Of a stretch of 64,000 nucleotides of DNA, positions 26,955 through 36,841 are shown piece by piece. The stretch is from a virus (taxonomy: Duplodnaviria; Caudoviricetes), in the IMG/VR virus record IMGVR_UViG_3300033122_000343. The stretch is one strand, 5' to 3'. A program made the position numbers and the translations under genes. The notes below the pieces were generated by a model. It made no database searches and had not been told where the DNA came from. It saw nothing but the letters and a program-made list of their open reading frames with translations. Each line of letters opens with the position of its first letter. The first letter of the stretch is position 1.

Positions 26955-27399
26955 AACCAGCAGTGAATCTTCTCCATTCAATAGCATTTTTTATTTGATA
27001 AGTTCTATTTGAAATCTGTTTAAGAATTTCTTCACAAAACTTAAGTGTCATATCGTAGTATTCAATTTTTAATTTTACTTTGGATAATCTTTCGTCTGCT
27101 TCGAGATAAATTTTTAAATCATCTTTATCTCTGATTTTATAAGGAAAAGGTTCCTCTTTGTATATGTCAGCAGACGCTTTACCCATGTAAAACTTTCTAC
27201 GATCTAACAAAATAGTATTATATTGTTGCGACGCAGTTTTGCGTAGAACTAATACTGTATTATATATGTCGTAATATTTTGAGTGAAGAGTTGGTATCTT
27301 GAGAGACTCAGTATCTAGTTCATCTTGATTCATTGAAGAATCTTTCTTCCACATTTCTTGAATTAATTCAAGTGAAAAACTAGACTTCTTCTCCTTCAA
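26947..27399 (-). CDS. uvsY: Recombination mediator
   Basis: W.KDS, IPTLHSKY, RTYQIKNAIEW..F.AG; start uncertain. Confidence 0.92.
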   Translation of the reverse strand: MKEKKSSFSLELIQEMWKKDSSMNQDELDTESLKIPTLHSKYYDIYNTVLVLRKTASQQYNTILLDRRKFYMGKASADIYKEEPFPYKIRDKDDLKIYLEADERLSKVKLKIEYYDMTLKFCEEILKQISNRTYQIKNAIEWRRFTAGYG

Positions 27400-27898
27400 T
27401 GTTGATCACGTTGTAAATGGTGTACTTAAAACTTACCTGTGCTGCAAAGTATTTCTGTTCTTCTATTGTAGCATCAAAAGGTAGTCCTGTCAGTGAGTAT
27501 GGGAATAAATCTTTGAATTTTACTTTACCTGCTACTTGATAATTACTGTTTAATATTAATAACGTTCCATCAGAAAATTCATCAGGGTCAAAATCACTTA
27601 TGCTTTCTGGAAAACCTAATGCATTCATCCATGCATATATCTGATTATAATTTTCTAAGTTCTCATCTACTATAAAATTTATAGTAAAATCTCCATATTG
27701 AAGTTTATCACCAGGCACAGGGATATTTTTGAGATAGGTGCTTTGATTTGCAATACCTAAAGAGATACCTGGCAGGTTTGCCATGTTGCATAAAAAATCG
27801 ACCTTCGGACATTTTTCCAATACCAATTGAAATCCTGCAATAGACAGAAAATTTCTATTTGATATGTCCTCTAGTGTTAATGGATTTTTTTCTGCCAT
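27380..27898 (-). CDS. gp3: Tail tube terminator/completion protein
   Basis: NFLS..GF, NLPGISLG, PGDKL.Y, F.VDENLENY, F.DLFP.SL; follows gp23. Confidence 0.88.
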   Translation of the reverse strand: MAEKNPLTLEDISNRNFLSIAGFQLVLEKCPKVDFLCNMANLPGISLGIANQSTYLKNIPVPGDKLQYGDFTINFIVDENLENYNQIYAWMNALGFPESISDFDPDEFSDGTLLILNSNYQVAGKVKFKDLFPYSLTGLPFDATIEEQKYFAAQVSFKYTIYNVINIEGEEV

Positions 27899-27913
27899 GT
27901 CTATATTTATCAT

Positions 27914-27940
27914 AAAAAAAGACCCCTCAAAGAGGAGTCT
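27914..27940 (-). terminator. intrinsic terminator after gp23
   Basis: Imperfect GAC-CTC/GAG-GTC stem followed by T7 on minus strand. Confidence 0.75.
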
Positions 27941-27962
27941 TGTAAAGATATAAGCATCTCGC

Positions 27963-29387
27963 TTACATTAGGTTTTGTACCTTTACTCTTCTGTAGTAAC
28001 GGTTGTTGCTTGAGTTAATCGCACCAGCACCAACTGTTGTTCCTTCAGCAAATGGGTTAGCAACCATACCATATCTGGTCTTGAAACCAATTTTTGGTTG
28101 GAATGTGTCTTGTCCAACTGCTCTTACCATCTGTAATGGAACGTAAGGACAGTAGAATAATCCAGCGTCATAAGGTGAAGTACCTTTATAACCCATAACA
28201 TAGTACTGATCAGCACTTAAGTTGGCAGCGAATGGATCGATGTATACTCTGTAACGTCCGTTAAGTGTACCAGCAAATGTGTTACCAGTGTCATCAACGT
28301 TAAGTGCAGAGTTAAGGGCAGGTGTGTAATCTAATTGACCAGCAGCTGCAAGTGCAGATGCAACGTCAGCAGAACACATGATGATGTTACCCTTTCCACG
28401 ACGAGTTCTTTGTGCGATAGCGTTGGCATCTCTTTCTAATTGGAAGATCATACCTTTGAACTTCTCAACCATCCATCTTCCGTTAGAGTCAACGTCTAAG
28501 TCGAATATACCTGATGTAGCAACGTTTGTTTGTGCACCAGCTTCAGCAACTTTATAGATTGTTCTAACGATTTCCCTGTTGATTTCAGCAAGGATTTCAG
28601 TAGATAGGATGTTTGCTAGTTCTGCTTCAGCATCTAGACCGTGGATTGCTTTAAGGTCTTGAGCAAGTTCTAAACTGTACTCTGCCTTTAGTGCTCTGGA
28701 GCGAGCAGTAACAGTAACTTTCTCAATACTGAATGACATCTCACGGAAGTCATTAGTAGTGGTGTTGTCACCGAGTGCTTCTAACTCTTGAGTTCTAAAA
28801 CCTTGACCTACTGCGTACTCTTTCTGAGTACCACCGTTTAAGATAGCAGGGTTGGTATCAGTATATGCTTCCTGATTACCAGTAGTACCGAAACCAACTG
28901 ATGCTCCACCGTCAGTACCGCCTGTGTAATCACCTTGGTTAAGGTTCATACCGTTGACGTTCTGTGCGGAGAATGCAGTATCTGGTTCGTTGAAGAACGC
29001 TTCTCTTCCGTCTGACTGGTTGTTGTATTGAGATCTCATTGCGAAGATCAAACCAGTAGGACCAGACATTGGTTGTACACCAGCAAGATCATATGCCACC
29101 AAGTTAGGCATCGCTCTTCTGATGAGACTGATCAATACAGGATCGAAACCTGCAACTGGTGATGCACCAGCAGAACCAGAGAAACCTGGATTGCCTGTAC
29201 CACTTGGATCAGTGTTTGTTGTAGGAGGTGCTTCTGTTAAGTATGCACGTTCCTCTCTTAAAAATCTTTCTTGGTTTTCGAGAAGTTGGGCGGTAACTGC
29301 TCTTCTATGATTATCTTCGATCTTGTCAAGACCTTCAGCTTCTAGAAGAGGTGCCCACTTCTTCTGCAATGCAGCAGAATTAAACAT
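27963..29387 (-). CDS. gp23: Major capsid protein
   Basis: KWAPLL, AGFDPVLISLIRRAMP, GVQPMSGPTGLIFAMR, SRALKAEYS.ELAQDLKAIHG, FQPKIGFKTRYG. Confidence 0.99.
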   Translation of the reverse strand: MFNSAALQKKWAPLLEAEGLDKIEDNHRRAVTAQLLENQERFLREERAYLTEAPPTTNTDPSGTGNPGFSGSAGASPVAGFDPVLISLIRRAMPNLVAYDLAGVQPMSGPTGLIFAMRSQYNNQSDGREAFFNEPDTAFSAQNVNGMNLNQGDYTGGTDGGASVGFGTTGNQEAYTDTNPAILNGGTQKEYAVGQGFRTQELEALGDNTTTNDFREMSFSIEKVTVTARSRALKAEYSLELAQDLKAIHGLDAEAELANILSTEILAEINREIVRTIYKVAEAGAQTNVATSGIFDLDVDSNGRWMVEKFKGMIFQLERDANAIAQRTRRGKGNIIMCSADVASALAAAGQLDYTPALNSALNVDDTGNTFAGTLNGRYRVYIDPFAANLSADQYYVMGYKGTSPYDAGLFYCPYVPLQMVRAVGQDTFQPKIGFKTRYGMVANPFAEGTTVGAGAINSSNNRYYRRVKVQNLM

Positions 29388-29424
29388 TGTGGGTCTCCTT
29401 ATAGGGGGATTGAGTTAAATTAAT

Positions 29425-30507
29425 CTATTGGAACTTTGTCACTGCATTCAGGTATGCTTGCATAGCGGAAGAATTATCTTCTACTACAGCTCCTTCAGAG
29501 ATGACTTCTTGTGATTCTTCTACTTTCTTAGGAGCAAAATATGAATCCTTGAGAGTAGATAGTTTTTCACGGTATTGTTCTTCGCTTTCAAACTCAACAC
29601 CATCAGCAAGACTTGCTAACTTTTCCTTTTGAGATAGTGCAAGACCCTCAGATATTTCATCTAGGATGTTGTTGGAGACAGATTCAGATAAACGCTTAGT
29701 TAAACCAACGTTTGTATCGATCTGTTCGTTGAGTTTTGTCTCCATTTCATCAAGTTTTTCTACCATAGCCTCTAGAACATCGTATTTGTCATCAGGGATT
29801 TGTACATAATGTTCTTCAAAGAGTCCTTTGAGACCAGACATAAAGGATTCAGAAAGTTCACTTCTGATTCCTGTTTCTACTTGTAGAGCGTTTTCAGTTA
29901 TCCATTCTTGAGCAACATACTCAATATATGAATCAATACGTTCTACTAGTTCCTTTTTGATCTCTTCTACTTGTTCAACTAATGCTTTTTCGTAGCGAGT
30001 ATCAAGGGCAGTGACTGCTTCAGAGATTTTTGAGCGTACAGTTGCTTCAAAAATAGTCCTTGCCTTTTCTTGAAATTCTTCGGATAGTTCTTCGCCTTCA
30101 AGAAGTGCCTGTACATCTTGTGAAAGATCCAATTCTTGTTCGACTACTACTTCTTCCTCTTCTTCTACTGCTGGTTCTTCAGCAACAACATCTCCTTCTG
30201 GTGCTTCCTCCTCTTCTTGTCTCATACTCTTTCCAGAGTCTGGGACATAATTAGGAGCAGTTGGCATCGGATCTGGTGATGATGCTTTTGAATTTACAAC
30301 ATCCTTGACTTGTTTAATAGTTTTAGCAGGAGTGCTATACTTATTAGACTCATCATCTGGACGAGAGTTGGTAGGAGTAGGTCCACCCAAGTCTTCAACA
30401 GTTCCTGCTTGAGGAACATAATTAGGTGCCTTGGGCATCGGCTCCGCAGGAGTCGCTCCCTTAGTTACCTGATTTTCCATTTCTTTTAGTGTGTTATTGG
30501 CTGGCAT
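29425..30507 (-). CDS. gp22: Prohead core scaffold protein
   Basis: Acidic coiled coil, LSEEF..KA.TIFEA, YVA.EW..EN; between gp21 and gp23; late promoter 30547-30553. Confidence 0.93.
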   Translation of the reverse strand: MPANNTLKEMENQVTKGATPAEPMPKAPNYVPQAGTVEDLGGPTPTNSRPDDESNKYSTPAKTIKQVKDVVNSKASSPDPMPTAPNYVPDSGKSMRQEEEEAPEGDVVAEEPAVEEEEEVVVEQELDLSQDVQALLEGEELSEEFQEKARTIFEATVRSKISEAVTALDTRYEKALVEQVEEIKKELVERIDSYIEYVAQEWITENALQVETGIRSELSESFMSGLKGLFEEHYVQIPDDKYDVLEAMVEKLDEMETKLNEQIDTNVGLTKRLSESVSNNILDEISEGLALSQKEKLASLADGVEFESEEQYREKLSTLKDSYFAPKKVEESQEVISEGAVVEDNSSAMQAYLNAVTKFQ

Positions 30508-30557
30508 TGTGTTTTTACCTTTAGAAACTTCAAGAATTTCTGTTATTATTTAGACAA

Positions 30558-31205
30558 CTACAGTGTTGACAGGAAATCCGCAAAAAGACGCAACTTATTT
30601 GCCTCTAAAATTCCTTTATCTACTGAAATATTTATATTCTCTTTAATCTCCTCTACTTTTCTTTCTCTTAAAACAGATCCTTCCCAGACCCATTCTTTTC
30701 CTTCCATTACACCATCTACAAATGCATCAGGTGCTGAAGGATCAGCGACAATATCAGCAGCAGTGGCAAGCATGAAGTCTTCACCAACATGGTTTACGCC
30801 TTCAATATTTGTTATAGATCCCATACCACGACTTGAGACTCCAAGTTTCACTCCATCTGCTAGAAGTGATTCCGCAATCTTACCCATGGGTGTTGAAAGA
30901 ATCTGTGCCTTACCGATAAAATTATTACCTTCTTGTGTCAATGAAACAATTTTATGTGAAACACGATCAAGATTTATTTGAGGACCATCTGGGTGTCCAA
31001 GTTCACCAAGAGCACGACCTTTTGAAACAAAATCATTATTATAACGTTTCACCTCATTTGCCATTGTCTTTATAGGATAAAAACGTTTATTACGATTGAC
31101 CATCTCTGCTTGAAGAAAAGGTCCTTGAATATAAAGAGTCTTCTTACCGTCTTTTTCTTCAGTAAGAATATCGATAGATTCTATTTCTTCTGCTATTAGT
31201 TTCAT
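30558..31205 (-). CDS. gp21: Prohead protease
   Basis: NRNKRFYP, ALGELGHP, GVSSRGMGS, DIVADPSAPDAFV. Confidence 0.97.
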   Translation of the reverse strand: MKLIAEEIESIDILTEEKDGKKTLYIQGPFLQAEMVNRNKRFYPIKTMANEVKRYNNDFVSKGRALGELGHPDGPQINLDRVSHKIVSLTQEGNNFIGKAQILSTPMGKIAESLLADGVKLGVSSRGMGSITNIEGVNHVGEDFMLATAADIVADPSAPDAFVDGVMEGKEWVWEGSVLRERKVEEIKENINISVDKGILEANKLRLFADFLSTL

Positions 31206-31804
31206 GATCCTTGAATTTCCTCTATAAAGACTTTAGTTCCTGCTGCACTATCAGGTTTTATAGTGATAGCACCCATCTTATATACAGTTGCTATACCAAC
31301 AAAAGGTAGAGTGTATTGACTTGTATCGTAATCAACTTGTATTTGAACAAAGTTTGGAATACCATTGCTTCCAGTAATAGTAGGTCCAAATATATTAACA
31401 ACTTTTGCGTATGTCATAGATGAGTAACCTACAAAATTAGTTGTCACTCCAGTAGTCACTGCTTGTGATGCTTCACCTAAGATTTTTACATGATCATTAA
31501 CTCTTAATTTTGTATCATACTCACTTAGAGTCAATATAGTATTTACGCCAGTGGTTATACCAGTCACCACTGCTTGAGCTGGATGAGCATATCGCATCTC
31601 CATGGTGTCATCATTAATACCAATATGTGCTGATGTAAATCCGATTGTATTTGTGTTGGCAACACCTACTCTACATCCATCTCTTATACTCCCAATACCA
31701 ATTCTAAGAACACCAGTTCTTATGATATGAGAATCAAATGTGGTTTGAGTAGCGTTAGTGACTGTAAAGTCACCAAGATCTTGCACTACTTTGAAGGCAC
31801 TCAT
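31202..31804 (-). CDS. hypothetical beta-rich (likely virion) protein
   Basis: 200-aa ORF with ATGA overlaps, in head cluster. Confidence 0.7.
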   Translation of the reverse strand: MSAFKVVQDLGDFTVTNATQTTFDSHIIRTGVLRIGIGSIRDGCRVGVANTNTIGFTSAHIGINDDTMEMRYAHPAQAVVTGITTGVNTILTLSEYDTKLRVNDHVKILGEASQAVTTGVTTNFVGYSSMTYAKVVNIFGPTITGSNGIPNFVQIQVDYDTSQYTLPFVGIATVYKMGAITIKPDSAAGTKVFIEEIQGS

Positions 31805-31977
31805 TCTTCTTCCTGTTCCTCGTTATCTTTAGTTCCAAAGTATGCATCTGCTACTTCAGGTTTCATAGCGTCAGATTTTTCCCCTGCTTTCGCATACATC
31901 AAACTTTTAATGTAGTCAGAAATTTCAGATGCAGGAGCATCGTTCATCACCATATCTACAAGCTCGGCAGAATCCAT
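31801..31977 (-). CDS. Small acidic prohead core protein (gp67-like position), missed by ORF track
   Basis: Manually read 58 aa MDSAELVDMVMNDAPASEISDYIKSLMYAKAGEK...EEQEEE; late promoter 32001-32007. Confidence 0.75.
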   Translation of the reverse strand: MDSAELVDMVMNDAPASEISDYIKSLMYAKAGEKSDAMKPEVADAYFGTKDNEEQEEE

Positions 31978-31999
31978 AGTTTTTTTAGTTATATATTAC

Positions 32000-32251
32000 T
32001 TATTTAGTGTCTTGTAACTTCTGTACTACTGTTTCTTTATCTATGGAAGCGACATCTGACAATCCATTAGCGTCAAACCATGGTGCTTCTTCCCAATCAA
32101 ATCCATCTCCAAAAGTATTATCAGCGTTTGCAACATACCAATGACACGCTGCGTCTGGTACATCAACAGCACATTTAGACCAATCGTCATGCCACATTGG
32201 AACTTGTACCCACATTAGTGCTACTGCAAAAAAATTTAAAATATGTATCAT
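32000..32251 (-). CDS. hypothetical Trp/Cys-rich protein, probably exported, host-like
   Basis: Hydrophobic N-terminus, MWVQVP.W.DDWSKCAVDVPD.ACHWY motif. Confidence 0.7.
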   Translation of the reverse strand: MIHILNFFAVALMWVQVPMWHDDWSKCAVDVPDAACHWYVANADNTFGDGFDWEEAPWFDANGLSDVASIDKETVVQKLQDTK

Positions 32252-33906
32252 ATTTTTGCCTTCTTGATGTCTATGCCAGGTGCTTCAGTGGAGTCACCAC
32301 CTTTTTTATTTTCTAAATCTGGTTCAGTTGGATTTTTTCCAAGATCATTTTGTTGACCCATCGCTATAGCGTTTTGTGTCTCAAGTGGAACACCAGTTCC
32401 CATTTCATTTTCTTTTTCCATTTCTTTATCCATTTCAATTATTTCTTCATCAGTTTGACGCAACACTTTTCTCTTTACATAATCTCTTGAATAATATGTG
32501 CCAATATAAGGTTCAATCCTCTCCATAACATTCAAACGTTCATTCATCAATTCTGCTTCTTTAAGTTCTGCAAAATGATTATCATAAAGAAAGTCAAATT
32601 GAATGTGCTCTGACATTCTATCCCAATCATCTGGAGTAACTATATTTTTTAAAATTAACTGTGTTTTTAAAAGATCTAGGAAAAGATAACTGAAACGTTT
32701 TCTCATTCTTCCAACAAACTTGGAGAACATAAGTTCATCTCTTAATATCTCAGATGATCTACCTAAATTAAATCCTTGATCACCACCTATTCTCGATTCA
32801 GGTATGTTCAATGATCTGAATAATTTCTTCTGGAAGTATTCGATATCATTCAATTCACCTAAATTTTGTCCGCCAGGTAAAGTTGTTATCTCTGTTCCTC
32901 TACCACCTTCTCTTCTTGGCAACCAAAAATCTTCCAACATAGAGTGAAATTTTTTATCATCTTTTATCTCACCAGTATTAGCATCATATACCAACTTATT
33001 TCTATACCTTGACATTACATCACGCAGGTATTGTTCTGCTTTTACTTTAGGAAGATTTCCAACATCTATATAAAAAATTCTTCTTTCTGGTGCTCTTGAT
33101 AATCTGTAAATTACTAAAGAATCTTCAATCATTCTAAGTTGATTGAGAGATTTAATTGCTTTATGTAAATAAGATAATCCAAGATGTCTATTACGATCTA
33201 CTAATCCAGAACTAACATGACATATAGCATCAGTTGCTATTTTAATTCCTTTACCCGCTACGTTACCATATCTCTGTGCCATCCCTTGTGGATAGTAAGT
33301 ATAAAATTCTATTATTTCTTGATCTTTTGCTACCTTACCATCTTGCTGTCTTCCATATTCTGTATTTGGTGGAATTAAATCCTTTCTAGTGTCTTTGGGT
33401 TTGACACGCATCAACTTTATTTTAAGAGAATCAATGTATCTTAATTCTTGTAATCCTTCCTGCGGTTTTTGTAAATCAATAACCTTATGATAATATAACC
33501 TACCATCTACATACCAATTTCTGAATATCTCATGAGCCTTCTTATCAAAGTTCATAAGATCTTTTATATATTTAAACTCTTGTCTAACTACTTTTTTAAG
33601 TGAGTCACCTGCATTTAAATTATCTAAATCAATATCTACAGGACTATCATTTAAATCGGAAACTATTGCTTCATTAACTACATGTTCTATCGCAGTATCA
33701 CACTCTGGGTGTAATGCCATATCACGATATTTTTTTATACTATCAAATTCAGTTTTAAATACACCTTCAATGTCAAGATATTGACCATAAAATCCAGACT
33801 GCAAAAAATAATCAACTCCGTCCTCATTATTTGGAGGAACTGGACTGACTATACCCTTCGGTTTTTTATCAGGTTCATCAATAGAAAAACCAAAAAGTTT
33901 CGCCAT
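32248..33906 (-). CDS. gp20: Portal vertex protein
   Basis: FRNWYVDGR, SYLHKAIK..NQLRMIEDSLVIYRLSRAPERRIFYIDVGNLP, EDFWLPRREGGRGTEI. Confidence 0.98.
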   Translation of the reverse strand: MAKLFGFSIDEPDKKPKGIVSPVPPNNEDGVDYFLQSGFYGQYLDIEGVFKTEFDSIKKYRDMALHPECDTAIEHVVNEAIVSDLNDSPVDIDLDNLNAGDSLKKVVRQEFKYIKDLMNFDKKAHEIFRNWYVDGRLYYHKVIDLQKPQEGLQELRYIDSLKIKLMRVKPKDTRKDLIPPNTEYGRQQDGKVAKDQEIIEFYTYYPQGMAQRYGNVAGKGIKIATDAICHVSSGLVDRNRHLGLSYLHKAIKSLNQLRMIEDSLVIYRLSRAPERRIFYIDVGNLPKVKAEQYLRDVMSRYRNKLVYDANTGEIKDDKKFHSMLEDFWLPRREGGRGTEITTLPGGQNLGELNDIEYFQKKLFRSLNIPESRIGGDQGFNLGRSSEILRDELMFSKFVGRMRKRFSYLFLDLLKTQLILKNIVTPDDWDRMSEHIQFDFLYDNHFAELKEAELMNERLNVMERIEPYIGTYYSRDYVKRKVLRQTDEEIIEMDKEMEKENEMGTGVPLETQNAIAMGQQNDLGKNPTEPDLENKKGGDSTEAPGIDIKKAKI

Positions 33907-33930
33907 ATTATAACTGTTTTTTTATATTTA

Positions 33931-34557
33931 TTATACTACGGATGGAGCACCTTCGCTATCATATGCTTCCCAATACTGAATTTGTAGTGTTACATCAAAC
34001 TCTTCTACTTGATTTTCAGAATCATAATTTAGTTCAATTTGAGTCACATCTGATGGGAAACAACCCTTCATATAATATCTTCTTAAAACTGGAAGTGTTT
34101 CGGAATTATCTTTTGCAGGGACATTAGACGCAGGTGATTTTGCTCTTCCTAATTGGTTTACAATCCAATCAACTTGATAATCCGATGGATTTAATGTTCC
34201 AGAACCATCTGAAACTTTAACAATAAAGTTTGACCATCTTTCAAATGCTTCTCTTAATTTAAAATCATTATCATTAACAACTTTGATTGTCCAAGGATTG
34301 AATACTCTATCTCCAGCAATCTTTAACTTACGTCCACGAAATGGAATTTCTATTGGTGTAAGAGTTGATGGTGGTAGTGCTGCTCCCTTAATCAACATTC
34401 TAAATGTTGTATCTCCTATTTCAGGAAATATTTCTTCATTAGGGAATGCCATTTCAACTTCAAATAAATTTGGTCTGGCACCACCTGCTATTAACCTAGA
34501 TTTGAATGAATCAATTGTTCTTTGATTATTCGGTATTGAAAAGATGTTCTTGTCCAT
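33931..34557 (-). CDS. gp19: Tail tube protein
   Basis: GGARPNLFEV, PFRGRKLKIAGDR.F.PW, EEFDVT. Confidence 0.96.
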   Translation of the reverse strand: MDKNIFSIPNNQRTIDSFKSRLIAGGARPNLFEVEMAFPNEEIFPEIGDTTFRMLIKGAALPPSTLTPIEIPFRGRKLKIAGDRVFNPWTIKVVNDNDFKLREAFERWSNFIVKVSDGSGTLNPSDYQVDWIVNQLGRAKSPASNVPAKDNSETLPVLRRYYMKGCFPSDVTQIELNYDSENQVEEFDVTLQIQYWEAYDSEGAPSVV

Positions 34558-34570
34558 TTTTAAGTACTAA

Positions 34571-36784
34571 TTAAACGGTGCCTACGACCTCAGAGAATGA
34601 AACTCCAGTCCTAGTTGCAACAAAGGTTAGACCAATAAAGTTAATCGACCTTGCTGGTTTGACAAAGATGTCAGCGATGAACTCATTCCTGTCTATTACG
34701 TCAGGAGTGTTATTAGTTTCATCACAGACGAGTAGGAAATCTTGTATTCCTCGTTTCGCTACAACATCACGAAGGAATGGTTCTACTATATTTACAAAAT
34801 TTGATCTTGTACCAGCATCATTGAGTTCAAATAATTGTGCTTCAGCAGCATTTTCAATTGCTCTTTCAATTGTTATAAACAATCTACGAACATTAATTCT
34901 GTCAAAGGCACTCTCGACTGCTAATGCTGTTTTGTCTCCAAATAATATAATTCCAGATCCTGGTTGAGGTATGACAGGATTTATCCTATTTGTGTATAGT
35001 CTATCTCTTGCTGCCTGACCAGGATTAAATGCTAGTTTGATGGCATTTGTTAATGCTCCTCTTACAACTCCTGCGGGTGAGAACCAAGGGAATTGATTTA
35101 TATCAGTTCTTACACATAGTCCAGCAATATCACTTGATAGAGGAATGTATGTAAATCTTTTGTTAAATCTGTCGTAAATATACTGATATCCACTATCAAA
35201 CACAGCATAAGATGATGATGCGAGTGGTGAGAAGAATTGGAGTACGTTAGTTAACTGTTTTGATGCATCTGTGATATTTACAGTGGCACTTCTGTTAGGT
35301 GATATAAATGCCACACAATCTTTTCTTGCTTCACATATTGAAATTAATTTTTGTGCTTTTGCTTGTTCTTCTGCTTGAGTACCAAAAGCACCACCTTGAA
35401 GTAAGAATCTTATGTCAGCATTTACTTTATCTTCTAATTTTGCGTATGCATTTAGTGTGTCACCTAAATTTGTTCTGAATAAACCAATATGACCTTGATA
35501 GTCAAAACCACCTAAAAGTTTATAACTTTTGTTCCCTAATCCTGCAAACTCTGTGTCTTCAGAATCTTGACCCCAAGCACTTGAGGCAGAAGAAATTGGT
35601 GTTACACCAGATGAGAAACCAAGAGCAAGTGCTGATGTATTATGGAAACTATCTGTTACAGCAGGGGATGTTCCTGCAAAGATGTATTCAGAATTATCTG
35701 CTAATATATTCTTATAATAAATTGATTCATTCTGTTTTTCAGCGTCTTTTGCTTTTGATAGACCAGTAAATTTTTCAAGAAGTGTGCCTGGTGTGCCAGT
35801 TACATTTCCTTTAATATCGAATACTGCAATATTTACTCCATCGTTCCTTCCGTTTCTACTTGAAACAAAACTATTTGTAGCAGGTTTATCTGCAATTTGT
35901 TGCCATGATACTGTTACGGGATCAGACCCACCATCAGCAATAGATGTTAATGCCTTTTGTTGTTCATACCATGCCACTGGTGAAGGTGTTCCTGTAATAA
36001 TACCTACATCACCTAAAATAGATGATGAAAGTCCTAATCTAGTGTTTCCATTATTTGTTTTAAATTCAAATTGAGAATTTTCTTGATAGTTAACTGCTGT
36101 TTCTACACCTGCAATAACTTTTGATACAACTTTTACATCAACAAAACTATTTCCAATACCTGTTATGATACCTTTTAGATAGTCATTTACAGCTGGTGCA
36201 GAGGTTGTACCTATTCCTAAAGTAACACCAGATAACTGTTGTGTTACAGCATAACCAACTTGTATACCATGAGCAAATACTCCAGAAAGATTTGATCCAA
36301 CTTTAGTTGTAAGAATACCAGTTATTCTTTGATCTGCTGCATTATCAATAATACATACTCTAATATTATTTCCCCAACTACCAGGATTTTTTGCTGCCCA
36401 ATAAAAGTTAGATGCAGTTGAATAATTGTTATTGTAATCGTCGTAGTTTTCAATTGTAAGAGATGTTGTTGAAGCAATTCCAACACCTGCGTTTGCGTTT
36501 GTTACTCCTCCACCTGCTCTTACAACATCTAATTGACCACCGTAAGATAAGAAGTTCGCTGCTGCGTACCATGTCTCGTAGTGATAATCAGTAATAGCAG
36601 CACCAGGACCACCAAACTTATCAATTAAATCTTTTTCATTAATAACTCTTGTTACCTCATTTACAGGTCCTTTTTTAAAAGGTCCTGCAATTCCCGCAGT
36701 GATGTTAAGTGTTGCGTCAACCGCACCACGGGTTAAATCAACTTCACGAACAGAAATACCAGGGGATGCTAATCGTAGTGCCAT
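34571..36784 (-). CDS. gp18: Tail sheath protein
   Basis: SPGISVREVDLT, FLSYGG, PWFSPAG, FDRINVRRLF, KPARSINFI. Confidence 0.97.
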   Translation of the reverse strand: MALRLASPGISVREVDLTRGAVDATLNITAGIAGPFKKGPVNEVTRVINEKDLIDKFGGPGAAITDYHYETWYAAANFLSYGGQLDVVRAGGGVTNANAGVGIASTTSLTIENYDDYNNNYSTASNFYWAAKNPGSWGNNIRVCIIDNAADQRITGILTTKVGSNLSGVFAHGIQVGYAVTQQLSGVTLGIGTTSAPAVNDYLKGIITGIGNSFVDVKVVSKVIAGVETAVNYQENSQFEFKTNNGNTRLGLSSSILGDVGIITGTPSPVAWYEQQKALTSIADGGSDPVTVSWQQIADKPATNSFVSSRNGRNDGVNIAVFDIKGNVTGTPGTLLEKFTGLSKAKDAEKQNESIYYKNILADNSEYIFAGTSPAVTDSFHNTSALALGFSSGVTPISSASSAWGQDSEDTEFAGLGNKSYKLLGGFDYQGHIGLFRTNLGDTLNAYAKLEDKVNADIRFLLQGGAFGTQAEEQAKAQKLISICEARKDCVAFISPNRSATVNITDASKQLTNVLQFFSPLASSSYAVFDSGYQYIYDRFNKRFTYIPLSSDIAGLCVRTDINQFPWFSPAGVVRGALTNAIKLAFNPGQAARDRLYTNRINPVIPQPGSGIILFGDKTALAVESAFDRINVRRLFITIERAIENAAEAQLFELNDAGTRSNFVNIVEPFLRDVVAKRGIQDFLLVCDETNNTPDVIDRNEFIADIFVKPARSINFIGLTFVATRTGVSFSEVVGTV

Positions 36785-36841
36785 TCTTTTTTTCCTACTG
36801 TCCCTATGTTTTGACTAAAAGTATTTATTGAAAAGTACTCT

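Noticed and set aside
29388-29424. Hairpin masking the gp23 SD
   Set aside because: Pairing on the mRNA strand is weak, with C-A mismatches
30250-30480. Duplicated PMP.APNYVP motif in the gp22 N-terminus
   Set aside because: Real, but lies in a variable, likely disordered region; no functional inference supportable
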